Positions 1-8,672 of a stretch of 64,000 nucleotides of DNA are shown here, piece after piece (position 1 is the stretch's first letter; each line of letters opens with the position of its first letter). Origin of the DNA: an uncultured Gammaproteobacteria bacterium (GTDB lineage Bacteria > Pseudomonadota > Gammaproteobacteria > Burkholderiales > Usitatibacteraceae). The position numbers and the translations under genes were made by a program. The notes beneath the pieces are model-generated. The model was not told where the DNA came from and ran no database searches. It saw only the letters and a list, made by a program, of their open reading frames with translations. Location of the stretch: contig CAWAOC010000002.1 in assembly GCA_963783635.1 (NCBI GenBank), positions 28,920 through 92,919 on the forward strand. Reading direction: 5' to 3'.

Positions 1-1
1 G

Positions 2-835
2 GAGGCCGGCGGCACGATGAAGAGCATCGAGGCGGGGATCGCGATGGTGAAGGAGATGCTCCCGATCGCCAACGCGGTGAAGCGCGAGACGGTCTCCGCC
101 GAGCACATCACGGTCGGCCTGCAGTGCGGGGGCTCCGACGGCTTCTCCGGGCTGTCGGCCAACCCGGCGCTGGGCGTGGCCATGGACATCCTCGTGCGCA
201 ACGGCGGCACGGCCATCCTCTCCGAGACCCCCGAGATCTTCGGCGTCGAGCACACGCTCACGGCGCGCGCGGTGTCGGAGGAAGTGGGCCGCAAGCTCGT
301 GGACCGCATGGACTGGTGGGTCGCCCACACGGCCGGCCGCGACACGCAGAACAACGGCCGCGTGAGCCCCGGGAACCAGGCCGGCGGCATCTCCAACGTC
401 ATCGAGAAATCCCTCGGGGGCGCCAAGAAGGCCGGCAACAGCCCCCTCATGGAGGTCTACCGCTACGCCGAGCCCGTCACCGTGAAGGGCTTCGTCTTCA
501 TGGACACGCCCGGCTACGACCCCGTCTCCGCCACGGGCCAGATCGCCGGCGGCGCGAACCTGATCGCCTTCACCACGGGCCGCGGCTCCTGCTTCGGGTC
601 GCTGCCGGCCCCGACCGTGAAGCTCGCCACCAACACGCCCATGTACCGCCGCATGGAAGACGACATGGACATCAACTGCGGCCCCGTCATCGACGGGGAG
701 TCCACGCTCGAGGCCATGGGCCAGGTGATCTTCGACCGGCTCCTGCGCCACGCCTCCGGCGAGAAGACGAAGAGCGAGCTGCTCGGCGTGGGCGGCAACG
801 AGTTCGTTCCCTGGCCCATCGGCGTGACCGCCTGA
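2..835 (+). CDS. UxaA-family sugar-acid dehydratase (altronate/galactarate dehydratase-like), C-terminal part; 5' end outside window
   Basis: ORF 17..835 stays open to the window edge. The translation (GLQCGGSDGFSG...FMDTPGYDPVSATGQIAGGANLIAFTTGRGS) is the conserved C-terminal domain of UxaA/GarD dehydratases. Sugar-acid neighbours support the call. Confidence 0.8.
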   Translation, partial: EAGGTMKSIEAGIAMVKEMLPIANAVKRETVSAEHITVGLQCGGSDGFSGLSANPALGVAMDILVRNGGTAILSETPEIFGVEHTLTARAVSEEVGRKLVDRMDWWVAHTAGRDTQNNGRVSPGNQAGGISNVIEKSLGGAKKAGNSPLMEVYRYAEPVTVKGFVFMDTPGYDPVSATGQIAGGANLIAFTTGRGSCFGSLPAPTVKLATNTPMYRRMEDDMDINCGPVIDGESTLEAMGQVIFDRLLRHASGEKTKSELLGVGGNEFVPWPIGVTA

Positions 836-877
836 TTCGGCGCCCCGATTCCTCCACCCTTCCTGGAAGCCGACCCC

Positions 878-1813
878 TTGAAACCGACCGTCCTGCAACT
901 GGGCCCTCTCCTGCCGCTCGTGGAAAAGGGCCTCGCCGCGAACTACACCGTCCTCAACCTGGCCGCCGCCCCGGACGCCGCGGCCTTCCTCGCCGCGAAC
1001 GGGCCGCGCGTCGACGCCATCGCCTCCTCGGGCAGGAACGGCGTCAATGCCGCCCTCGTCGACGCGTGCCCGAAGCTCAAGCTGATCTCGCACTTCGGCG
1101 TGGGCTACGACAACGTCGACGTCGAGCACGCGCGGAAGAAGGGCGTGGTCGTCTCGAACACGCCCGACGTCCTCACCGATTGCGTGGCCGACCTCGCCAT
1201 CGCGCTTCTCATCGACGCGGCGCGCGGCATCACCGCCGGCGACCGCTACGTGCGCGCCGGGCGCTGGCTCAAGGGCCCCATGCCGCTCGCCACCAAGGTG
1301 ACCGGCAAGCGGCTCGGGGTCGTGGGCCTCGGCCGCATCGGGCGCGCCATCGCGGCGCGCGCCGAGGGCTTCGACATGGAGATCCGCTACCACAACCGCC
1401 GGCAGAGCCCGGACGCCCCCTACGCCTACGAGCACTCGCTCGCGGAGCTGGCGCGCTGGTGCGACTTCCTGGTGGTCGCCACCGCCGGCGGGGAGGCGAC
1501 CCGCGGGCTCGTCTCGGCCGCCGTGATCGAGGCGCTGGGCACGAAGGGCTTCCTCGTGAACATCGCGCGCGGCTCCGTCGTGGACGAGCCCGCGCTCATC
1601 GCGGCGCTGGCGGAGAAGCGCATCGCGGGCGCGGCGCTCGACGTCTTCGCCGACGAGCCGCGCGTGCCGGATGCGCTCCTCGCCCTGGACAACGTCGTGC
1701 TCACGCCGCACATCGCCAGCGCCACCAAGGACACGCGCGCGGCCATGGGGCAGCTCGTCCTCGACAATCTCGAGAGCTTCTTCAGGGACGGGCGCGCGCT
1801 CACGCCGGTCTGA
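878..1813 (+). CDS. D-isomer-specific 2-hydroxyacid dehydrogenase (glyoxylate/hydroxypyruvate reductase-like)
   Basis: Intact 311-codon ORF with a TTG start. It carries the NAD-binding motif GVVGLGRIGRAIA and the family signature NIARGSVVDE...VLTPHIASAT. Confidence 0.85.
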   Translation: MKPTVLQLGPLLPLVEKGLAANYTVLNLAAAPDAAAFLAANGPRVDAIASSGRNGVNAALVDACPKLKLISHFGVGYDNVDVEHARKKGVVVSNTPDVLTDCVADLAIALLIDAARGITAGDRYVRAGRWLKGPMPLATKVTGKRLGVVGLGRIGRAIAARAEGFDMEIRYHNRRQSPDAPYAYEHSLAELARWCDFLVVATAGGEATRGLVSAAVIEALGTKGFLVNIARGSVVDEPALIAALAEKRIAGAALDVFADEPRVPDALLALDNVVLTPHIASATKDTRAAMGQLVLDNLESFFRDGRALTPV

Positions 1814-1853
1814 AGCCGAACCATCCGCATCCATCCCACCCGGAGATCGACCC

Positions 1854-2825
1854 ATGCACGCCATCCGCAGACTCGCCGCACTCGCCGCCACGCTCCTCTT
1901 CGCCGGCGCCGCCGCGGCGCAGGCCTGGCCCGCCAAGACCCTCAAGATCATCGTGCCGTATCCGCCGGGCGGCACCTCCGACATCCTCGCGCGCTCGCTG
2001 GGCCCCAAGCTCACCGAGGCGTTCGGGCAGACCGTCATCATCGAGAACAAGCCCGGCGCCACGGGCAACATCGGCGCCGACTTCGTCGCCAAGAGCCCGC
2101 CCGACGGCTACACGCTGCTGCTGGGCGACATCGGCTCGCTCGCCATCGCGCCGAGCGTCTTCAAGACCCTGCCCTTCGACCCGGTGAAGGACTTCGCGCC
2201 CGTGATCATGGTGGCGTACTCGCCGCACATCCTCGCCGCCCACCCGTCGGTCGCCGCGAAGGACGCGAAGGAGCTCGTGGCGCTCGCGAAGGCCAAGCCC
2301 AACTCGCTCAACTTCGCGATCTCGGGCATCGGCGGCGCCAACCACCTCGCCGGCATCGAATTCGCCATGCGCACCGGCATCCAGTGGACCTACATCCCCT
2401 ACAAGGGCGGCTCGCAGGCCATCGCCGACGTGATGGGCGGGCAGGCGCAGGTGCTCTTCAACGGCATGCTCGCCACCTACCCCGCGGTGAAGGACGGCAA
2501 GCTCAAGGCGCTCGCCATCTCGAGCGCCAAGCGCTTCGCGGCCGCGCCCGACATTCCCACCGTCGCGGAATCCGCCGGGCTGCCGGGCTTCGAGACGGGC
2601 TCCTTCCAGGGCATCGTCGCCGCCGCGGCCACGCCGCCCGAGATCGTCGCGAAGCTGCACGCCACGATCACGAAGATCCTCGCCACGCCCGAGATGCAGG
2701 ACCGCCTCGCCAAGGCCGGCGCGGAGACGCGTCCCGGCTCGCCCGCCGAGTTCGGCGAGTTCATCAAGAGCGAGAAGGCGCGCTGGGCCAAGGTGGTGAA
2801 GGATTCCGGCGCCAAGTTCGAATAG
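1854..2825 (+). CDS. Bug/TctC-family periplasmic substrate-binding protein (tripartite tricarboxylate transporter)
   Basis: ATG at 1854 lies inside ORF 1671..2825. Signal peptide [24 protein letters not shown] is followed by [17 protein letters not shown], the hallmark Bug-family N-terminus. Confidence 0.85.
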   Translation: MHAIRRLAALAATLLFAGAAAAQAWPAKTLKIIVPYPPGGTSDILARSLGPKLTEAFGQTVIIENKPGATGNIGADFVAKSPPDGYTLLLGDIGSLAIAPSVFKTLPFDPVKDFAPVIMVAYSPHILAAHPSVAAKDAKELVALAKAKPNSLNFAISGIGGANHLAGIEFAMRTGIQWTYIPYKGGSQAIADVMGGQAQVLFNGMLATYPAVKDGKLKALAISSAKRFAAAPDIPTVAESAGLPGFETGSFQGIVAAAATPPEIVAKLHATITKILATPEMQDRLAKAGAETRPGSPAEFGEFIKSEKARWAKVVKDSGAKFE

Positions 2826-2836
2826 GAGACATTGCC

Positions 2837-3610
2837 ATGAACGCCCCCTACCGGTCGCCCCCGAACGCCTTCCGCGCCGCCCTCCTCGCGCACAAGCCCC
2901 TCATCGGCTGCTGGTGCTCGCTCGCCAACCCCAACACGGCGGAAGTGCTGGGGCTGGCGGGGTTCGACTGGCTCCTCATCGACGGCGAGCACGCGCCCAA
3001 CGACGTCACCTCCCTCGTGCCGCAGCTCATGGCCCTGAAGGACAGCCCGAGCGCGCCCGTGGTGCGCCCGCCGTGGAACGAGCCGGTGATCATCAAGCGC
3101 CTGCTCGACGCGGGGTTCCACAATTTCCTCATGCCGTTCGTGGAGTCGGCCGACCAGGCGCGCGCCGCCGTGGCCGCGACGCGCTACCCGCCGCGCGGCA
3201 TCCGCGGCGTCTCCGTTTCCCAGCGCAGCAATCGCTTCGGCACCGTGCCCGACTACCTCAAGATCATCGACGACAGCATCGCGGTCATGGTGCAGATCGA
3301 GAGCCGGCCGGGGCTGGAGGCGGTGGACGCGATCACGGCGGTGGACGGCGTCGACGGGATCTTCGTGGGGCCGCAGGACCTGGCGGCGGCGCTGGGGCAC
3401 CTGGGCAACCCGGCGCATCCGGACGTGCAGGCGGCGATGAAGCACCTCTTCCAGCGCGCCGTCGCCGGCGGGAAATCCGCGGGCACGCTGGCGCCCGTCG
3501 AGGCCGACGCGCGCCGCTACATGGAATGGGGCGCCACGTTCGTGGCGGTGGGCAGCGACCTCGGGCTCTTCCGCGGCGCGACGCAGGCCCTGCGGGACAA
3601 GTTCGCCTGA
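2837..3610 (+). CDS. HpcH/HpaI-family 2-keto-3-deoxy-sugar-acid aldolase (GarL/RhmA-like)
   Basis: ATG at 2837 is preceded by AGGAGA. The translation ([33 protein letters not shown]...VQIES...[10 protein letters not shown]) matches the family. Confidence 0.85.
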   Translation: MNAPYRSPPNAFRAALLAHKPLIGCWCSLANPNTAEVLGLAGFDWLLIDGEHAPNDVTSLVPQLMALKDSPSAPVVRPPWNEPVIIKRLLDAGFHNFLMPFVESADQARAAVAATRYPPRGIRGVSVSQRSNRFGTVPDYLKIIDDSIAVMVQIESRPGLEAVDAITAVDGVDGIFVGPQDLAAALGHLGNPAHPDVQAAMKHLFQRAVAGGKSAGTLAPVEADARRYMEWGATFVAVGSDLGLFRGATQALRDKFA

Positions 3611-3612
3611 GG

Positions 3613-3650
3613 CGGTGTCAGACACGGTGTCGACACCGTGTCTGACACCG
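3613..3650. repeat. REP-A copy 1: 38-bp perfect palindrome CGGTGTCAGACACGGTGTC|GACACCGTGTCTGACACCG between convergent genes (bidirectional terminator-like)
   Basis: The reverse complement of the first 19 nt equals the last 19 nt (checked by hand). Related GGTGTCAGA / TCTGACACC hairpins occur at 21778..21830 and 57748..57783. Confidence 0.85.
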
Positions 3651-3654
3651 CGCT

Positions 3655-4852
3655 TCAGGCCGCCTCCCCGGCGGCGTGGCCCGAGGCCCAGGCCCACTGG
3701 AAGTTGTAGCCGCCGAGGTGGCCGGTGACGTCGACCACCTCGCCGATGAAGTAGAGCCCCGGCACCGCGGCCGCCTCCATCGTCTTCGAGGAGAGGCCGC
3801 GCGTGTCCACGCCCCCCAGCGTCACTTCCGCCTTGTTGTAGCCGAGCGTGCCCGAGGGATGCACGGGCCAGTCCGCGAGCCCCTGCGCGGCTTCCTCGAG
3901 CGCCTTGTCGGAGAGCTCCGCCATCGGCTGCGCGAAGCCATGGACCTCGCACCACGCCTGCGCGAAGCGCTTCGGCAGGCGCTCGGCCAGCAGCGTGGCG
4001 AGCTGCGCCTTCGCGCGCCGGTGTTCCGCGAGCCACGCCCGCGCGTCCGTGCCCGGCAGCAGGTTCACGTGGATGGGATCGGCCGCCGGGCCGTCCTGCC
4101 AGTAGGACGACACCTGCAGGATCGCCGGGCCCGACAGGCCGCGGTGCGTGAAGAGGAGGTGCTCGCGGAAGCGCGCGCCCCGGCAGGAGACTTCCGCGTC
4201 CACCGAGACGCCCGAGAGGTCGCCGTAGCGCGCGAGCGCCGCCGGGTCGAAGCTCAGGGGCACGAGCGCGGGCCTCGGCGGCACGATCGCCAGGCCGAAC
4301 TGCTCCGCCACCTTGTAGCCGAAGGGCGTGGCGCCGATCTTCGGCACCGTGAGGCCGCCCGTGGCGATGACGAGCGAGGCGGCGGCGACCGGTCCCGCCG
4401 CGGTGTCGACGCGGAAGCGGCCGCCCTCCCGCGCCACGCCGCGCACCTCGCAGGGCATGCGCCACTCGACGCCCCCGGCGTCGCACTCGGCCTTGAGCAT
4501 CCCGATGACCTGCGTGGCGGAATCGTCGCAGAAGAGCTGGCCCAGCGTCTTCTCGTGGTACGCGATGCGGTGCTTCTCGACGAGCGCGATGAAGTGCCTC
4601 GGCGTGTAGCGCGCCAGGGCCGAGCGGCAGAAGTGCGGGTTCCTCGAGAGGTAGTTGGCGGGCGAGGCGTGCAGGTTGGTGAAGTTGCAGCGCCCGCCGC
4701 CGGAGATGCGGATCTTCTCGCCGAGCTTCGGGTAGTGGTCGACGAGAAGCACGCGCCGGCCGCGGCTGCCCCGCCGTCGCGGCGCACATCATCCCGGCCG
4801 CGCCCGCCCCGATCACGACGACGTCGTACTGCGCTGGGGCGGGGCGGGCCAT
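3655..4852 (-). pseudogene. BaiN/YhiN (HI0933-like) NAD(P)/FAD-dependent oxidoreductase; frame broken once near the 5' end
   Basis: Rossmann N-terminus MARPAPAQYDVVVIGAGAAGMMCAATAGQ is in the frame of ORF 2477..4852. The rest (LLVDHYPKLGEKIRISGGGRCNFTN...GEVVDVTGHLGGYNFQWAWASG) is in ORF 3655..4752. Deleting one base near 4764 restores GQRGRRVLLVDH. Confidence 0.8.
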
Positions 4853-4943
4853 GGTCCCCGCAGTGTAGCAAGCGCGCTTGAGCGCAGGCCGGCCGGCGGG
4901 CTACCCTGTGGCTTGCGCGAACGAAATCATCCCAGGTGCCCCC

Positions 4944-5571
4944 TTGAACGAACACGCAGCGCCCCCGCCGAATGCGACGGCCGACGAAGATGTCCCGGAG
5001 GTGAACCTCACCGAGGAGGACATCGTCGACGCCATGCAGCACATCCCCGGCTACCTCGACATCGCCCCCGGGGATTTCCGGGAGGTCTACCACCTCGCGC
5101 ACCACCACGCGGTCGACCGGCTGCTCGGGGGGCCTGCGCGCCGAGGGGCTGATGCGCCCCGTGGCGACCGCGCTTCCGACCGGCATGATGCTCGACGAGG
5201 CCGCGAGGACGCTGGTGGCCAGCGGGTTCAAGGCCCTCCCCGTCGTCGACGGCGAGGGCCGCGTTGTCGGCATGCTGACCGAGACCGACTTCCTCTGCCG
5301 GCTGCAGGCGGGCACGTTCCTCGAGCTGCTGCTGCGGATGATGGACGACTCGTGCGAGGTGAGCCACCGCTGCCACGAGACGCCCGTGCGCGAGGCCATG
5401 ACCGCGCCCGCCATCACGGTGCGGCCCGAGGCGGGGTTCCGCGACATGATGGCGGCGTTTCGCCGGCACGCGGGCCGCAGCATGCCGGTCGCGGACGCCG
5501 ACGGGAGGCTGCGGGGACTGCTGTTCCGCAAGGACTTCCTCGAGGCCATCGACCGGGAGGCGCACCGGTGA
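4944..5571 (+). pseudogene. CBS-domain protein; frame broken at a G6 run (5127..5132)
   Basis: N-terminal part (NLTEEDIVDAMQHIPGYLDIAPGDFREVYHLAHHHAVDRLLGG) is in the frame of ORF 4878. The CBS pair (ALPVVDGEGRVVGMLTETDF...SMPVADADGRLRGLLFRKDF) is in ORF 5152..5571. The start codon is uncertain (TTG 4944 or 4878). Confidence 0.65.
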
Positions 5572-6119
5572 GCCTTTCCGACGTACTTCCGCAAGATGGG
5601 CGGGACGACCCGCGGCAGCCCGCCGCGGGTGAGCAACGCCGAGATCGCGTGGTCCTGGGCCGGCGCCTTCCTCGGCATCGCCGCGGCGGGGCTCCTGAGC
5701 CAGGCGCTCTTCGACGGCCTCGACCTGCCCGCTCATGATCGGTTCGCTCGGCGCTTCGGCCGTGCTGCTCTTCGGCGCGCCGCGCAGCCCGCTCGCCCAG
5801 CCGCGCAACCTCCTCGGCGGGCACATCCTCTCGGCCATCGTCGGCGTGGCCTGCTGGAAGCTCCTGCACCCGTTCCCCTGGCTCGCGGCGGCGCTCGCCG
5901 TGTCGACGGCGATCGCGGTCATGCACGCCACGAGGACGCTGCATCCGCCGGGCGGCGCCACGGCGCTCATCGCGGTCATCGGCTCGCGCGAGGTGCACGA
6001 GCTGGGCTTCCTCTACGTCCTCGTGCCCGCGCACCCTCGGCCCGCTCGTCCTTCTGGCGGTCGCGCTGGTGATGAACAACATCCCGGGTTCCCGGCGCTA
6101 CCCCGAAGTCTGGTTCTGA
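5568..6119 (+). pseudogene. HPP-family membrane protein; about 3 frame breaks
   Basis: GTG at 5568 overlaps the CBS stop (GTGA). Pieces EIAWSWAGAFLGIAAAGLL, LMIGSLGASAVLLFGAPRSPLAQPRN...HPPGGATALIAV and LGPLVLLAVALVMNNIPGSRRYPEVWF* lie in three frames. The breaks are near 5588, 5729 and 6030. Confidence 0.7.
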
Positions 6120-6128
6120 CCGCGCAAA

Positions 6129-6157
6129 GGAAAAGGCCCGCCGAAGCGGGCCTTTCC
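6129..6157. terminator. GC-rich hairpin AAAGGCCCGC-CGAA-GCGGGCCTTT between convergent HPP and cytochrome genes
   Basis: 10-bp stem with a 4-nt loop. The same core recurs at 14077..14104. Confidence 0.55.
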
Positions 6158-6179
6158 GTGACGCGGGAACCTTGCCGCC

Positions 6180-8081
6180 TTACATCTTCTCCGCTTCGTG
6201 GCAGGTGCCGCAGGCGTTGGTGTACGGGATCGGCATGGCCTTGCCCGGTTCCACGCCCTTCACGCCCTTGTTGGTGATGCGCGGCACGTCGAAGAGGTGC
6301 GAGGTGATGTCGTTCATCCAGTAGTTGGCGCCGCCCTTCCCGTCGATGCCCTTGCCGAGACCCGCGCCCGTCTGCATGGTCTTGGGCATGTGGCAGTCCA
6401 CGCAGGCGATCTTGCGCGTGTGCGGCTCGCCGACGGTCTTGGCGGTGTGCTCCTTCATGTCCACCTTGTGGCAGCTCGCGCACAGGGTGTCCTTCCCGTC
6501 GCGCGCCGCGGCCTTGAGCTGGAACCTGTTGCCGGCCTTGCCGTGCGGGTCGTGGCAGCTGGCGCAGTTGAGGATCTGGTTGTCGTTGATGTAGTGCTTC
6601 GAGCGGACCAGGTCGGTCGCCTGCTGGTGGTGGGACTTGGAGTGCACGCCGTCGGGCCAGAAGTCGCTCTGCGCCGCGTCCTCGCGCGTGGTGTGGTTGA
6701 CCAGGTACTCGTTGCGGCTGATGCCGGGGGTGAGCATGCGGCCATCCTTGTTGATCGGCTGGTCGTTCTTCATGTTGCCCTGCGGACGGCTGTGGCACTG
6801 GTTGCAGATGACCATCGAGCGCTCGGAGGCGAGCTTGGCCGGGTTCACGATCATCGACGCCTTGCGCCGCAGCGGCGCCTTGGCGTGCTCGGAGCCGGGG
6901 CCGTGGCAGCTTTCGCAGCCGATGTTCAGCTCGTTGGGCACGCCGTCGCCGTCGATGTCCATCTCGCCGTTCGGGTCGTTGGCGGCGCTGACCACGAAGC
7001 CGCCTTCCACGGTCGGCGTGAGCGCGTAGCCGGTGTAGTGGCAGGACGCGCACTCGATCTCGAAGGACTTCTTGACCGGCGGATCGGTGAGCTTCTTCGT
7101 GGTCTCGTTGTAGAGCCAGTCGCCGTGGTAGTCGCGCCAGGACTTGCGCGTGCGGTCGGCGTAGGCGTCATTGCCCTCGGTGTTGTACTGCAGGAAGGGA
7201 TAGGTCGAGTCGCCGACGCGGAGCAGGTAGCGCTGCTTGTACACGGGGCCGCCGTAGGTCTTCTCGACGGGGTAGACGCGCGCCTTGTCGGCGGGATCGC
7301 GGAGCGTTCTCGGTGCGCAGCTTGAGCGAGCCGTCCTTGTCCGTGTAGAAGGTCGCGGTGAAGCTCACCGACTTCATGTCGGCGGGCGCCTTCTCCGAGA
7401 CCTGGTACTTGTCGAAGCCGCGGCCCTTGTCGTAGCCGTGGAAGTACATCTTGGTTCCCGCCTGCAGCTTCTTCAGCCCGTCGTTCATGGCCGGGAAGCG
7501 CGACGTGTCCTGCAGCTTGCTGGGCTTGCCCACCACCATGATGCCCTGCTTGTGCGCGGTCTTCGTGAAGTCGACGTAGTCGTCGTGGCACTTCATGCAC
7601 TTCGAGCTGCCGATGAAGGTGGCGTTGGCGGGGGATCTTGCCCGGACACCTGGATCGCGAGCGGCTTCGCCGCGAGCTCGGCCGTGGTCATCGACTTGTT
7701 GGTGAGCGTGCCGCCGGGCAGGTGCCGGTCGTCGTCCGGCACCACGTACACGAAGTACTTGCCGGGGGCGGCGTTGGCGATGCTGAAGCCGCCCTTGCCG
7801 TCCGTCACCGCCTGCTGGTACTTGTCGCCGTGGGCCGCGATGCTGTCGTCCATCGGCTCGTCGTCGTCGACGTTGCGGCGGATGTTGAAGGAGGGCGCCT
7901 TCTTGAGCTTCGCCACGTCGGCCGCGGGCACGAGGAACACCGTCGCGCCGCATTACCGCCCCCTTGCCGCCATCGAGCACCGTCCCGCTGATCGCCTGCG
8001 CCGACGCCGCCGAGCGGGCGCGAAGGCGAGCGCCATCGCTGCCGCCATGCCCGCCAGACCGAACTTTCCGTGAATTCTCAT
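6180..8081 (-). pseudogene. Secreted octaheme c-type cytochrome with N-terminal carboxypeptidase-regulatory-like beta-sandwich domain; about 4 frame breaks
   Basis: Signal peptide MRIHGKFGLAGMAAAMALAFAP is followed by ISGTVLDGGKG...TDGKGGFSIANAAPGKYFVYVV. There are eight CxxCH motifs: CMKCH, CASCH, CESCH, CNQCH, CASCH, CASCH, CVDCH, CGTCH. The pieces lie in ORFs 7953..8183, 7593..7940, 7168..7980 and 6180..7244. Confidence 0.75.
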
Positions 8082-8461
8082 TGCCCCTGCTCCCTTTTGA
8101 CCATCGATTTTCCGCGTCGCGACGGCTCGAGCTTCGGGCTTCGCGACAACTCTTCCTCGAACAATTCCGTGAACAGCTCCCACACCCTTTTCTTGGCCTG
8201 CCGCAGCGCCTTCCTGCCGGCCGCGGTCACCACGTACGTGCGCCTGCTGCGCTTGCCGGCCTTCTCGACCGACGATTTCAGGTAACCCCCGCGCTCGAGC
8301 CCGTGCAGGATCGGGTACATCGTGCCCGGGCTGAGCTTGTAGCCGTGGTGCGCCAGCTCGTCCATCATCCCCTGGCCGAAGATCGGCTCGTGCGAGGCGT
8401 GGTGCAGCACGTGCAGCCGGACCAGCCCCCCGTAGATCTCCTTTTCGCTCATCCTCGGCAC
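8078..8461 (-). CDS. PadR-family transcriptional regulator
   Basis: Intact ORF with YGGLVRLHVLHHASHEPIFGQGMMDELAHHGYKLSPGTMYPILHGLERGGYL, a PadR winged helix. Its TGA (8080..8078) overlaps the cytochrome ATG (8081..8079). An alternative ATG start is at 8452. Confidence 0.85.
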   Translation of the reverse strand: MPRMSEKEIYGGLVRLHVLHHASHEPIFGQGMMDELAHHGYKLSPGTMYPILHGLERGGYLKSSVEKAGKRSRRTYVVTAAGRKALRQAKKRVWELFTELFEEELSRSPKLEPSRRGKSMVKREQGQ

Positions 8462-8476
8462 TCGTTAACGAAGGCC

Positions 8477-8495
8477 GTTATCGACATTCGATAAC
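8477..8495. promoter_or_regulatory. Candidate PadR operator: palindrome GTTATCGA-CAT-TCGATAAC
   Basis: Perfect 8-bp arms sit 16 bp upstream of the padR start. A degenerate relative, GATTATCATTCGGGTAACC, is at 8611..8629 in the same divergent intergenic region. Confidence 0.4.
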
Positions 8496-8542
8496 CTTGG
8501 GGAGCAGTGTAGTCGGGGTCGGGGGGGTATGCGGCGCGGCCG

Positions 8543-8556
8543 GCTGACGCAGATCA
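8543..8556. promoter_or_regulatory. FNR/Anr-like box CTGACGCAGATCAA
   Basis: 8/10 match to TTGAT-N4-ATCAA, about 90 bp upstream of padR. It resembles the boxes at 26014 and 26583. Confidence 0.3.
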
Positions 8557-8672
8557 AATGACGGCGAATCATCGGCCAGCCGGCAGCCGGGCGATCGGCT
8601 GCCCGCGAGGGATTATCATTCGGGTAACCGCGCCGATCGTCGCGCGCCCCAGCCCCGCTCCGAGCCCCCGCC

